Assembly (NCBI RefSeq): GCF_001672815.1
Contig: NZ_LZKK01000083.1
Location: 8,759 to 40,758 of the forward strand
Origin: Mycobacterium sp. E796
GTDB taxonomy: Bacteria > Actinomycetota > Actinomycetes > Mycobacteriales > Mycobacteriaceae
Direction: 5' to 3'
DNA: 32,000 nucleotides
Each line of letters begins with the position of its first letter. Position 1 is the stretch's first letter. A program made the position numbers and the translations under genes. This document shows, one piece after another, positions 16,333 to 25,133 of the stretch. The notes beneath the pieces are model-generated. The model ran no database searches. It was given only the letters and a program-made list of their open reading frames with translations, and was not told where the DNA came from.

Positions 16333-17994
16333 CTAAAGCCGCAACCCCACGTCGGCCAGCGCGTTGGTGACTCCCTGCACCGCCCCCTGCTGCAGCTCGG
16401 CGCCGAGCGTCGCCGGATCGATCTGGGGGAACAGCCCGAACGGCGTGGGCACATCCTGGTAGGCGGCGCGGTCGTAGCCCAGCTCGACCAGCACCCGCAG
16501 GTCCGGCTGGACCAGGTCGGCCAGCGGGTTCCCCACCAGGGGAATGGCGCGCAGCGGGTCCAGCAGCGGCAGGTTCGGATTGGGAATCAGGATGTAGGTC
16601 GTCATGGTGTCGCCCGGCGACACCGGCTGGACCACCCCCGACGCCAGCTGGGCGGTGGTCACGGTGTTGTAGGCCGGGTGCACGAAAAGGAACCCGGCGA
16701 TGGCGTTCGCGTCGGCCAGGATGTCGATCGGGTACTGCGGGAAGTCGGCCGCACCGTCGTATTGGACGGCGTAGTCGATGGTGGGATACGCGTTGGTGGG
16801 CGTCGCGCCGTAGAACGTGAAGCCCAGGCCCGGTATGGAGAAGCCGGGCATGCGCGCCAAGAGCCCGCCGTCGGGCCGGTCGGGGTTGGCGATCAGCACG
16901 AACGACAGCTGGTCCAGCGCCGGCCGCACGCCCGCCGGCAACGTTTCCAGGTAGCGCATCTCGACGGTCGCTATCACGGCGCTTTGCGAGCCGCCGAAGA
17001 CGATGACGTGGTTTCCCGCCGCGAGTTGCGTGTTGATCGCCGTGTTCAGGTTCTGCACACCCTGGGCCACGGACTGGTCCAGCGTCAGGCTGTCCAGCCC
17101 GGTGAACGGGAACAACTTCTCGGGCGTCACCAGGAACTGCGCGTTGTACGCGGGATGAGTCGGATTGATGAAGAGCTCCGAAGCCAGCACGTTGTGCAGC
17201 CGGGGCAGCGGGCCGAGGCCGGTGCCGCCCATGATCAGCGCCGTCGGTCCGCCGGCACCCACCTGGTTCTCGTTGATCAGCAGCGCCCCGACGTTGCCGT
17301 TGCCCGGGTTCCCGAAGCCGATGTTCTGATTGCCGGTGTTCCCGATGCCGATGTTCTGGTTGCCCGTGTTCTGGATGCCGAAGTTCGCGTTGCCGAGGTT
17401 TCCGATGCCGATGTTGCCGTTGCCGACGTTGTTGATGCCGACGTTGCCGACGCCGACGTTTCCGCTGCCCAGGTTCTGCGGCAGGCCCTGCCACGGCACC
17501 AGTTGCGCGACCGCCGCCGCGGCGCCGGCGTAGTAGTCCGACATCGCGGCCGCGTCCTGCGCCCACATCTGTTCGTATTCGGCCTCGGCCGCCGCGATCG
17601 CCGGGGCGTTCTGGCCCAGCAGGTTGTAACCCACCAGCGAGATCAGCTGACTCCTGTTGGCGGCCACCGCAATTGGGTGCACCGTGGCCGCCAGCGCCGC
17701 CTCGAAGGCCTCGGCGGCGAACCGGACCTGGGCGGCGGTCTGCTCGGCCTGGCCCGCCGCCGCGCTCAGCCAGGCCGCGTACGGGCCGGCGGCGCTCGCC
17801 ATCGCCGCCGCCGCCGGGCCGGCCCAGGCCTCGCCCGCCAGCTCGGAGGTCACCGACGCGAAGGAGCCCGCAGCGTCGCGCAATTCCTCGGCCAGCCCGT
17901 CCCAGGCCGAGGCCACCGCCAGCATCGGGCCCTGGCCCGGGCCGGCGAACATGCGCGCGGAGTTCAGTTCCGGCGGTAACACGGCGAAATTCAT
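16333..17994 (-). CDS. PPE family protein with NxGxGNxG repeat linker and C-terminal PE-PPE (alpha/beta-hydrolase-like) domain; syntenic with PPE42
   Basis: It has the canonical PPE N-terminus [20 protein letters not shown]...[14 protein letters not shown] repeat block covers aa 175-236. The C-terminal domain carries a GxSxG-like GGSQS motif (aa 334-338). Confidence 0.93.
   Translation of the reverse strand: MNFAVLPPELNSARMFAGPGQGPMLAVASAWDGLAEELRDAAGSFASVTSELAGEAWAGPAAAAMASAAGPYAAWLSAAAGQAEQTAAQVRFAAEAFEAALAATVHPIAVAANRSQLISLVGYNLLGQNAPAIAAAEAEYEQMWAQDAAAMSDYYAGAAAAVAQLVPWQGLPQNLGSGNVGVGNVGINNVGNGNIGIGNLGNANFGIQNTGNQNIGIGNTGNQNIGFGNPGNGNVGALLINENQVGAGGPTALIMGGTGLGPLPRLHNVLASELFINPTHPAYNAQFLVTPEKLFPFTGLDSLTLDQSVAQGVQNLNTAINTQLAAGNHVIVFGGSQSAVIATVEMRYLETLPAGVRPALDQLSFVLIANPDRPDGGLLARMPGFSIPGLGFTFYGATPTNAYPTIDYAVQYDGAADFPQYPIDILADANAIAGFLFVHPAYNTVTTAQLASGVVQPVSPGDTMTTYILIPNPNLPLLDPLRAIPLVGNPLADLVQPDLRVLVELGYDRAAYQDVPTPFGLFPQIDPATLGAELQQGAVQGVTNALADVGLRL
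17287..17472 (-). repeat. Intragenic degenerate tandem repeats encoding GN(V/I)G(V/I/F)GN pentapeptide-type units of the PPE protein
   Basis: On the plus strand the DNA shows reiterated gccgatgtt / gccgacgtt / gttgcc units. The translation is [61 protein letters not shown]. Confidence 0.8.
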
Positions 17995-18113
17995 CGCTAC
18001 GTTCTTTCTGGCTAGGTGACCGACCCTATGACAGGTCCCGCGCCCGAGCTGGAAAAACCGGTTTGTTGGCCACCACTAGACTGGTGCAGGCATTGACGGA
18101 GCGAAGGAGAGAC

Positions 18114-19028
18114 GTGGACACCGCCCAGGCGAATGGTGGCCAGGCCAACCAGACCGGCACCGCGCGCGTCAAGCGCGGCATGGCCGAGATGCTCAAGGGC
18201 GGCGTCATCATGGACGTCGTCACGCCCGAGCAGGCCCGCATCGCCGAGGGCGCCGGCGCCGTCGCGGTCATGGCGCTGGAACGGGTGCCGGCCGACATCC
18301 GCGCCCAGGGCGGGGTGTCGCGGATGAGCGACCCCGACATGATCGAGGGCATCATCGCCGCCGTGACCATCCCGGTCATGGCCAAGGTGCGGATCGGGCA
18401 CTTCGTCGAGGCGCAGATCCTGCAGAGCCTCGGAGTGGACTACATCGACGAGTCGGAGGTGCTGACCCCGGCCGACTACACCCACCACATCGACAAGTGG
18501 AAGTTCACCGTGCCGTTCGTGTGTGGCGCGACGAATCTCGGCGAGGCGCTGCGGCGCATCGGCGAGGGCGCGGCCATGATCCGCTCCAAGGGCGAGGCCG
18601 GCACCGGCGACGTCTCCAACGCCACCACGCACATGCGGGCGATCAGCGGCGAGATCCGCCGGCTGACGTCGCTGTCCGAGGACGAATTGTACGTCGCCGC
18701 AAAGGAATTGCAGGCGCCCTATGAGCTGGTCCTCGAAGTGGCCCGGGCGGGCAAGCTGCCGGTCACCCTGTTCACCGCCGGAGGCATCGCTACCCCCGCC
18801 GACGCGGCGATGATGATGCAGCTCGGCGCAGAGGGCGTGTTCGTCGGCTCCGGCATCTTCAAGTCCGGTGCGCCCGAGCACCGCGCCGCCGCGATCGTGA
18901 AGGCCACCACCTTTTACGACGATCCGGACGTGCTGGCCAAGGTGTCGCGCGGGCTGGGCGAGGCGATGGTGGGCATCAACGTGGAGCAGATCCCGCAGCC
19001 GCACCGCCTGGCCGAACGCGGCTGGTAA
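18114..19028 (+). CDS. pdxS: Pyridoxal 5'-phosphate synthase, lyase subunit
   Basis: The GTG at 18114 follows GAAGGAGA. Apart from the first roughly 15 residues the product is near-identical to recalled Mtb PdxS ([60 protein letters not shown]...). The N-terminal extension of the 17673 ORF is Pro/Arg junk overlapping the PPE gene. Confidence 0.95.
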   Translation: MDTAQANGGQANQTGTARVKRGMAEMLKGGVIMDVVTPEQARIAEGAGAVAVMALERVPADIRAQGGVSRMSDPDMIEGIIAAVTIPVMAKVRIGHFVEAQILQSLGVDYIDESEVLTPADYTHHIDKWKFTVPFVCGATNLGEALRRIGEGAAMIRSKGEAGTGDVSNATTHMRAISGEIRRLTSLSEDELYVAAKELQAPYELVLEVARAGKLPVTLFTAGGIATPADAAMMMQLGAEGVFVGSGIFKSGAPEHRAAAIVKATTFYDDPDVLAKVSRGLGEAMVGINVEQIPQPHRLAERGW

Positions 19029-19037
19029 GAACAACCT

Positions 19038-19883
19038 GTGTCGATCGAGAAGATCCTTGATCTCGAACAACTCGAGGTCAACATCTATCGCGGGAACGTG
19101 TTCAGCCCGGACTCGGGATATTTCCAGCGCACCTTCGGCGGCCACGTCGCCGGGCAGTCGCTGGTGTCGGCGGTGCGCACCGTCGACCCGCACTTCCTGG
19201 TGCACTCGCTGCACGGCTACTTCCTGCGGCCCGGGGACGCCACGGCGTCGACGGTCTTCATCGTCGAGCGCATCCGTGACGGCGGCTCGTTCTGCACCCG
19301 CCGCGTCAACGCCATCCAGCACGGCGAAACCATCTTTTCCATGTCGGCGTCATTCCAGACCGACCAGGAGGGCATCAACCACCAGGACGCGATGCCCGCG
19401 GCACCGCCGCCGGATGGGCTGCCGGGGTTGAGCTCCATGAAGGTGTTCGACGACGCCGGGTTCCGCCAGTTCGAGGAGTGGGACGTCCGCATCGTGCCGC
19501 GGGAGCGGGTGGAGCGGCTGCCCGGCAAGGCCTCGCAGCAGCAGGTGTGGTTTCGCCACCGCGACCCGCTGCCCGACGACCCGGTGCTGCACATCTGCGC
19601 GCTGGCCTACATGAGCGACCTCACGTTGTTGGGCTCGGCGCAGGTCACCCACCTCGACGAACGCGCGCACCTGCAGGTGGCGTCGCTCGACCATGCGATG
19701 TGGTTCATGCGGGTGTTCCGGGCCGACGAGTGGCTGCTCTACGACCAGTCCTCGCCCTCGGCCTGCGGCGGTCGCGCGCTGTGCCAGGGCAAGATCTTCA
19801 ACCAGTACGGCGAGATGGTCGCGGCGGTGATGCAGGAGGGTCTGACCCGCTTCCCGCGCGGATACCAGCCGCACACGCAATGA
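19038..19883 (+). CDS. tesB: Acyl-CoA thioesterase II (double hotdog)
   Basis: 281 aa, opening LDLE.LE.N.YRG and continuing [24 protein letters not shown], and a second hotdog half with the DH.MWFMR motif. Confidence 0.9.
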   Translation: MSIEKILDLEQLEVNIYRGNVFSPDSGYFQRTFGGHVAGQSLVSAVRTVDPHFLVHSLHGYFLRPGDATASTVFIVERIRDGGSFCTRRVNAIQHGETIFSMSASFQTDQEGINHQDAMPAAPPPDGLPGLSSMKVFDDAGFRQFEEWDVRIVPRERVERLPGKASQQQVWFRHRDPLPDDPVLHICALAYMSDLTLLGSAQVTHLDERAHLQVASLDHAMWFMRVFRADEWLLYDQSSPSACGGRALCQGKIFNQYGEMVAAVMQEGLTRFPRGYQPHTQ

Positions 19884-19890
19884 TTTCCCC

Positions 19891-20487
19891 GTGAGCGCGC
19901 CGAAGATCGGGGTCCTGGCCCTGCAGGGCGACACCCGCGAGCACCTGGCGGCGCTGCGCGAGGCGGGAGCGGAGTCGATGCCGGTGCGTCGGCGCAGCGA
20001 GCTGGATGCGGTGGATGGGCTGGTCATTCCAGGCGGCGAATCCACCACGATGAGCCACCTGTTGCTGGATTTCGAGCTGCTCGAGCCGTTGCGGCGGCGG
20101 CTGGCCGAGGGGCTACCCGCCTACGGCGCGTGCGCCGGCATGATCCTGCTGGCCACCGACATTCTCGATGCCGGCGCGCGGGGCCGGCAGGCGCTGCCGC
20201 TGCGCGCGATCGATATGACGGTGCGGCGCAACGCTTTTGGGCGACAGGTCGACTCGTTCGAGGGCGACATTCCGTTCGCCGGGCTCGACGGGCCGGTGCG
20301 CGCGGTGTTCATCCGCGCGCCGTGGGTCGAGCGGACCGGCGACGGGGTGCAGGTGCTGGCCAGCGCGGCCGGGCACGTCGTCGCGGTCCGGCAGGGCCCG
20401 GTGCTGGCGACCGCGTTTCACCCCGAGATGACCGGCGACCGTCGCATCCACCACATGTTCGTCGACATCGTCAGGGGCGAGGCGTAG
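19891..20487 (+). CDS. pdxT: Pyridoxal 5'-phosphate synthase, glutaminase subunit
   Basis: 198 aa with the motifs [11 protein letters not shown] and [10 protein letters not shown]. The catalytic Cys context is GACAGMILL, and the C-terminus contains FHPE. Confidence 0.93.
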   Translation: MSAPKIGVLALQGDTREHLAALREAGAESMPVRRRSELDAVDGLVIPGGESTTMSHLLLDFELLEPLRRRLAEGLPAYGACAGMILLATDILDAGARGRQALPLRAIDMTVRRNAFGRQVDSFEGDIPFAGLDGPVRAVFIRAPWVERTGDGVQVLASAAGHVVAVRQGPVLATAFHPEMTGDRRIHHMFVDIVRGEA

Positions 20488-20531
20488 TCCCATCGGTCAC
20501 TTCCGTCCCGCGCCGGGTGGCATGAGGCTTT

Positions 20532-20576
20532 TTGTCCACCTCACAGCGACAGCCGTTGTCGCTATGAGGCGGACAA
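20532..20576. other. Long near-perfect hairpin (20-nt arms, 5-nt loop) in the pdxT-yebC spacer
   Basis: ttgtccacctcacagcgaca / gccgt / tgtcgctatgaggcggacaa. On the plus strand this gives 18 Watson-Crick pairs plus two A.C mismatches. On the minus-strand RNA both mismatches become G.U wobbles. Confidence 0.5.
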
Positions 20577-20718
20577 CAAGGGTGCCGGTCGCTTTCTTGT
20601 GACGGCTGTGACTGCGGAGACGGCGGGGAGCACCGGGGCCATCGGCATCCATCGTCCACGTAGACTCGTTGGGCGAGTTATCGAGCACCAGAATGCAAAA
20701 GAAGAGGTAGCAACACCG

Positions 20719-21474
20719 ATGAGCGGCCATTCCAAGTGGGCCACCACCAAGCATCAGAAGGCCGTCAAGGACGCCCGCCGCGGCAAGGAGTTCGCGCGGC
20801 TGATCAAGAACATCGAGGTCGCGGCCCGTACCGGCGGCGGTGACCCGGCCGGCAACCCGACGCTCTACGACGCGATCCAGAAGGCCAAGAAGACCTCGGT
20901 GCCCAACGACAACATCGAGCGCGCCCGCAAGCGCGGGGCGGGCGAGGAGGCCGGCGGCGCCGACTGGCAAACCATCACCTACGAGGGCTACGCGCCCAAC
21001 GGCGTGGCGGTGCTGATCGAGTGCCTGACCGACAACCGCAACCGCGCCGCCAGCGAGGTGCGGGTGGCGATGACGCGCAACGGCGGCACCATGGCCGACC
21101 CCGGCTCGGTGGCCTACCTGTTCTCCCGCAAGGGCGTGGTCACGCTGGAGAAGAACGGCCTGACCGAAGACGACGTGCTGACCGCCGTGCTCGACGCCGG
21201 CGCCGAGGACGTCAACGACCTGGGCGACAGCTTCGAGATCATCTCCGAGCCGACCGACCTGGTCGCGGTGCGCACCGCGCTGCAGGACGCCGGCATCGAT
21301 TACGAGTCGGCGGAGGCCAGTTTCCAGCCGTCGGTCAGCGTTCCCGTCGACCTCGACGGCGCCCGCAAGGTGTTCAAGCTCGTCGATGCGCTGGAGGACA
21401 GCGACGACGTGCAGAACGTCTACACCAACGTCGACGTCTCCGACGAGGTGCTGGCCGCGCTCGACGAGGAGTGA
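20719..21474 (+). CDS. yebC: YebC/PmpR-family transcriptional regulator (Rv2603c-like)
   Basis: It has the canonical family start [15 protein letters not shown] at ATG 20719 and a 251-aa product. The 40 upstream codons of ORF 20599-21474 are not part of the family. Confidence 0.93.
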   Translation: MSGHSKWATTKHQKAVKDARRGKEFARLIKNIEVAARTGGGDPAGNPTLYDAIQKAKKTSVPNDNIERARKRGAGEEAGGADWQTITYEGYAPNGVAVLIECLTDNRNRAASEVRVAMTRNGGTMADPGSVAYLFSRKGVVTLEKNGLTEDDVLTAVLDAGAEDVNDLGDSFEIISEPTDLVAVRTALQDAGIDYESAEASFQPSVSVPVDLDGARKVFKLVDALEDSDDVQNVYTNVDVSDEVLAALDEE

Positions 21475-21487
21475 ACGGCGGGGATCG

Positions 21488-22102
21488 ATGACCGAGCCGC
21501 CCGTCGTCAACCATCACGCCGACCACCCGGGCTTCGGCGGCCCGATGGGCATGGTGACCGCCCTCGGCATGCTCGTCATGGGTCGCGGCAACGCGCGCCT
21601 GGCCGTCGACCTGGCCGGGGTGTCGGGCGCCGACCGCGTCGTCGACATCGGTTGTGGCCCAGGCAATGCCGCGCGAGCCGCCGCCGGACGAGGTGCGCGG
21701 GTCGTCGGGGTGGACCCGTCCCCGGTGATGCTGGGCCTGGCGCGCGCCGCGACGCGTGACCGCCCGGCGGTCACCTGGGCCCAGGGTGGCGCCGAGGCGC
21801 TGCCCGTTTCCGACGGCTGGGCGACGGTCGCGTGGTCGCTCAAGACGGTGCACCACTGGAAGGACGTCACCGACGGGCTCGTCGAGCTGCGTCGCGTGCT
21901 CGCGCCGTCGGGCCGGTTGCTGGTGATGGAGCGCCGGGTGCAGCCGGGGGCGACGGGCCTGGCCAGTCACGGCTGGACCGAGCGGCAGGCCGAGTCGTTC
22001 GCCGCGCAGTGCCGGGAGGCGGGCTTGGTCGACGTGCGCGTGGACCAGCGTCCCAAGGGCCGCGGCGCGGTGTGGGTGGTGCGGGCGGACCAGCCCTCTT
22101 AG
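21488..22102 (+). CDS. Class I SAM-dependent methyltransferase
   Basis: Motif I is VVDIGCGPGNAARAAA and post-I is VVGVDPSP.ML. There is a later acidic/aromatic motif and RVLAPSGRLLV. The ATG at 21488 lies 14 nt after the yebC stop. Confidence 0.8.
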   Translation: MTEPPVVNHHADHPGFGGPMGMVTALGMLVMGRGNARLAVDLAGVSGADRVVDIGCGPGNAARAAAGRGARVVGVDPSPVMLGLARAATRDRPAVTWAQGGAEALPVSDGWATVAWSLKTVHHWKDVTDGLVELRRVLAPSGRLLVMERRVQPGATGLASHGWTERQAESFAAQCREAGLVDVRVDQRPKGRGAVWVVRADQPS

Positions 22103-22108
22103 TCCCTA

Positions 22109-22155
22109 GTCGGCGATCGCAAGCGCGGCGGAGCCGGGCGAAGCGGGTCGCCGCC
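22109..22155. repeat. Short intergenic palindromic repeat, copy 1 (REP-like; second copy at 28835-28881)
   Basis: It shares the 17-mer CGATCGCAAGCGCGGCG (22114-22130) and the GCCGGGCG..GCGGGTCG segment with the element at 28835-28881. The outer stem is cggcga/tcgccg. It sits between convergent stops at 22102 and 22163. Confidence 0.5.
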
Positions 22156-22162
22156 CAAGTGC

Positions 22163-23698
22163 TTAGTCGTACCCGTGCCGCATGTCCTCGACGACGCGCG
22201 GGTTGTCCAGGGTGGACGGCTCGAGCGGGCGGGCCCCGATGTCGCCGGCGAAGACGGTGGCCGCGTCGAGCACCCGCTGGTTGAGGAACCGCAGCGGGGG
22301 AGCATCGGCCGGCACCCGCGGCACCGGCGCGGCGCCGCCGCGTTGCGCAAGCGCGAACCCCCAGTCCCCGAACGTGGGCACGTGCACGTGATAGGGCGTG
22401 ACGGCATAACCGGCGGCCCCGATCGTCGAGACCGTGCGCCAGAACGCGGTCCGGGTGGAAAACGGGCTGCCCGCCTGCACGACCATCAGCCCGCCGGGCG
22501 CCAGCGCGCGGGCGGCGAGCGCGTAGAACTCGGTCGAGTACAGCCGGCCCAGCACGGGTGTGTCGGGGTCGGGAAGGTCGACGATCACCGCGTCGAATCC
22601 GGTGTCCGAGGCGGCGCGCAGCCAGGTCATCGCGTCACCGATCACGACCTTGACGCGCGGGTTGTCCAGCGCGCCGCCGTTGGCCTCGCGCATGGTGGTG
22701 CGCGCCAATTCGATGACGGCGGGATCGAGCTCGACCTGCACGATCTTGCCGACGCCGGGCTGGCGCAGCAACTCGCGGGCGGCCAGGCCGTCGCCGCCGC
22801 CGAGCACCAGCACCGAGTGTGCGCCGGCACCGAGGGCGGGGTAGACCAGGCTTTCGGTGTAACGATATTCGTCGCGGGTGGAGAACTGCAGGCCCCCGTC
22901 GAGGTAGAGGCGCATGTCGTTGCCCCGCCGGGTCACCACGATCTCCTGATAGGCGGTGTGCCGGTAGGCGATGATCGGGTCGGCGTAAAGCCTTTGCCTG
23001 CTTGTGGTTTCGATGTCTGCCGAGCGCACCAGCAGCGTGGCGAGCAGCCCGAGCGCGGCGGCGAGCGCGCACAACGCCGTCGCCAGTTGCCGCGCGGAAA
23101 CGATGCGGCGCAACAAGAAGACCGCCACGATCCCCGCCGCCGCCAGGTTGATGATGCCTGTGGCCGCCGCGCCGCGGATCATCCCGAGGTGCGGTAGCAG
23201 CAGAAACGGCCAGACGAGCCCGCCCAGCAGCGCGCCGAGGTAGTCGGCGGCGTTGAGGTTGGCCAGCGTCCGGCCGGCATCGGCGGCGCGCGCGGTCCGC
23301 CCCCGTTGCAGCAGCGTCATCAGCAGCGGCACCTCGGCGCCGACCAGGCCGCCGATCAGGGCCGTGCCCGCCGCCAGCACCCACGTTGAGCCCACCGAGC
23401 CGTCCAGGAACGCGAACACCGTGTACAGCGCGGCCGCGGACAGGCCGCCGACAATTCCCAGCAGCGCCTCGACGGCGATGAAGGCGATCGCCGCGTGCGC
23501 CAGCAGCGGCTTGGCCAGCAGCGCGCCCGCGCCCAGCGCCGCGATGTAGCCCGCGACGATCAGCGACGTGGCGACGATGCCCCCGCCGTTGAGGCTGGCC
23601 GACAGCGTGAGCAGCGCGAGTTCGTAGATGATGCCGCAGGCCGCGCACGCCGCCACGGCGGCCAACAAGACGGCGCGCCAACGGCCCTGGGACGTCAT
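22163..23698 (-). CDS. speE: Membrane-anchored spermidine synthase-like aminopropyltransferase (Rv2601-like)
   Basis: 511 aa. The N-terminal roughly 200 aa is polytopic and hydrophobic. The C-terminal domain has aminopropyltransferase motifs (VLVLGGGDGLAARELL, VELDP, VIVDLPDPD, GG..V.Q.GSP). Confidence 0.88.
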   Translation of the reverse strand: MTSQGRWRAVLLAAVAACAACGIIYELALLTLSASLNGGGIVATSLIVAGYIAALGAGALLAKPLLAHAAIAFIAVEALLGIVGGLSAAALYTVFAFLDGSVGSTWVLAAGTALIGGLVGAEVPLLMTLLQRGRTARAADAGRTLANLNAADYLGALLGGLVWPFLLLPHLGMIRGAAATGIINLAAAGIVAVFLLRRIVSARQLATALCALAAALGLLATLLVRSADIETTSRQRLYADPIIAYRHTAYQEIVVTRRGNDMRLYLDGGLQFSTRDEYRYTESLVYPALGAGAHSVLVLGGGDGLAARELLRQPGVGKIVQVELDPAVIELARTTMREANGGALDNPRVKVVIGDAMTWLRAASDTGFDAVIVDLPDPDTPVLGRLYSTEFYALAARALAPGGLMVVQAGSPFSTRTAFWRTVSTIGAAGYAVTPYHVHVPTFGDWGFALAQRGGAAPVPRVPADAPPLRFLNQRVLDAATVFAGDIGARPLEPSTLDNPRVVEDMRHGYD

Positions 23699-24150
23699 GA
23701 CACCGCCGCGGCGGTCACCCCTCCCACGGCCAGCAATATCAAGGCGACCGCGAAGGACCCGGGGTGCAGCGTGGGCTCGTCGATGTGCTCGTGGAAGTCG
23801 CCGGGGATCAGCAGGTGCATTGCCAGCAGCGCGATCCCCAGCAGGATCACGCCCATCAGCCCGTACACCGCCACGCCGAGCAGCCCCTGGCCCAGCTGGC
23901 TGTAGCTGTTGGCGATGGCGGTGATGATGACGACGGTGAGCGAGATGTACATGGCGCCGGCGACGACGACGGCGTTGGGGCGGCGGTCGATGAACACCAG
24001 CTGGCGCAGCTTGCCCGGGGTCAGCCAGTCGACCATGTAGAAGCCGACGAACAGCACCGCCATCCCGACGGCGAAGTACAGGATCGTCGCGACCGCGCCC
24101 TTCAGGACGGGATTGACGTCGACGTTGCCGATCTCGACGGCGAGGTTCAT
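23695..24150 (-). CDS. DUF350 (YjfL/UPF0719-like) integral membrane protein, Rv2600-like
   Basis: 151 aa with about 4 TM helices. The stop overlaps the speE start (ATGA on the minus strand at 23695-23698). AAGGAG lies upstream of the ATG at 24150. Confidence 0.8.
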   Translation of the reverse strand: MNLAVEIGNVDVNPVLKGAVATILYFAVGMAVLFVGFYMVDWLTPGKLRQLVFIDRRPNAVVVAGAMYISLTVVIITAIANSYSQLGQGLLGVAVYGLMGVILLGIALLAMHLLIPGDFHEHIDEPTLHPGSFAVALILLAVGGVTAAAVS

Positions 24151-24191
24151 GGTTGTCTCCTTGGACTAGGGGTGGTTACTGCCTTAGGCCA

Positions 24192-24623
24192 TCACTTGGT
24201 TCCGCCGGGGCCGCCGGGGGTGCCGCCGGCGCCGCCCGACGGGGAGCCGGGGAAGAAGCCGGGGCCCAGGAAGACGAACGCGCCGTGGCTGTATCCGGCG
24301 CTCAGGGGTTCGACGCGGATGCTGCACGGATTGTTGCCGTCGGGCCCGACGATCACGATGTTGTTGCTGTAGCGCAGGTACTCGCTGTCGCCGTTGGACG
24401 CGCGCGCCTCGGGGGCCTGATAGTCGGCCAGCGCGTCGGCGACCTGGTCGGGGGAGCCGGTGCACTGGTAGCGCGTGCCGTTCACGTCCCGGGAGTACTC
24501 GTGATAATGGCTCGCGATGTAGGACCCGATGTCCTTCTGCTCCAAGATGATTCCGAAGACCAGGCAGGCGACGGCGGCGACGGCCAGCGCCCCGGAGATC
24601 AGGAACAGGCGGTTGCGGCTCAC
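24192..24623 (-). CDS. TM-anchored protein with Gly/Pro-rich tail, DUF4247-like (Rv2599-like)
   Basis: The GTG at 24623 overlaps the upstream stop (GTGA at 24620-24623), giving 143 aa. It has a single N-terminal TM helix (LFLISGALAVAAVACLVFGIIL). The longer 242-aa ORF-track version overlaps the upstream gene out of frame. Confidence 0.72.
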   Translation of the reverse strand: MSRNRLFLISGALAVAAVACLVFGIILEQKDIGSYIASHYHEYSRDVNGTRYQCTGSPDQVADALADYQAPEARASNGDSEYLRYSNNIVIVGPDGNNPCSIRVEPLSAGYSHGAFVFLGPGFFPGSPSGGAGGTPGGPGGTK

Positions 24624-25123
24624 GGGCGCCACCGGCTCTCGGTGTGCACCACCACGCCGCCCGACTCCAGCGGGTACAGATGCCAGGTCTGCCAGTGCCA
24701 TCCGGCGCCGTCGGGCTCGGCGGCCAGGGCGGTCAGCGCGGCGTCGTCGCCGGGGAACGCGCCGCCGAGCCAGCCCGGTTGCCGCGCGCAGCGTTCGCGC
24801 AGCTCGCCGGCCAGCCGGCGGAAGCTCGCCTCCTCGTGCGTCTCGGTGCGGGAGCGCAGCCGGTAGCCGGGGGCGTCGGTGCGCCGCGGCAGGTCGCCGC
24901 CGATGTCGCGGGCGGTGCACGAAACCTGTTCGGAGAACTGGCCTTTCGCGTGCTCGACCGCGACCACGTGCGATGCGCCCAGCACCCCGAGCAGCAGCGC
25001 GCCGCCGTCGGGATGCTGCAGCGAACAGGCGGCCAGCGGCGCCGGCGCGGGCGCGTTGAGCGCGAGCCCCAGCCGTTCCCCGGACACGTCCGCCGGAGTC
25101 ACGGCGAGCTGATGGAGGGGCAC
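24620..25123 (-). CDS. Conserved hypothetical soluble protein, DUF2617-like (Rv2598-like)
   Basis: 167-aa ORF with a GTG start 10 nt downstream of the preceding stop. Its position and size match Rv2598 in the recalled Mtb operon. I recognise no catalytic motif. Confidence 0.7.
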   Translation of the reverse strand: MPLHQLAVTPADVSGERLGLALNAPAPAPLAACSLQHPDGGALLLGVLGASHVVAVEHAKGQFSEQVSCTARDIGGDLPRRTDAPGYRLRSRTETHEEASFRRLAGELRERCARQPGWLGGAFPGDDAALTALAAEPDGAGWHWQTWHLYPLESGGVVVHTESRWRP

Positions 25124-25133
25124 CGAGGCGGTC

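Noticed and set aside
17287-17472. Reiterated 9-15 nt units that might be taken for a CRISPR array or VNTR.
   Set aside because: The repeats are in frame within the PPE gene and encode GNxGxGN units. There is no repeat-spacer architecture and no cas genes.
15593-17566. 657-aa minus-strand ORF spanning the Nudix/PPE boundary, plus the 433-aa plus-strand ORF at 16678-17979.
   Set aside because: These are alternate or antisense frames of the PPE and Nudix genes. Their translations are Arg/Pro/Gly low-complexity, driven by the GC-rich repeats. The PPE frame has the canonical family N-terminus.
18012-19322. 436-aa minus-strand ORF. Similar large antisense or off-frame ORFs occur at 8221-9078, 13108-14088, 14031-14885, 20497-21510, 5613-6503, 22175-23197, 22635-23681, 26809-28173 and 14896-15903.
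   Set aside because: Each is antisense to, or frame-shifted within, a confidently identified gene (pdxS/tesB, AKR, patA, pimA, yebC, the regulator, speE, ruvB, and pimA together with the LemA-Nudix gene). All have Arg/Pro/Gly-rich, motif-free translations and are high-GC artefacts.
20522-20602. 26-codon ORF ([26 protein letters not shown]) in the pdxT-yebC spacer.
   Set aside because: Its third-position GC is low for this genome (about two-thirds by my count) and it has no convincing Shine-Dalgarno. The sequence is better explained by the hairpin it contains.
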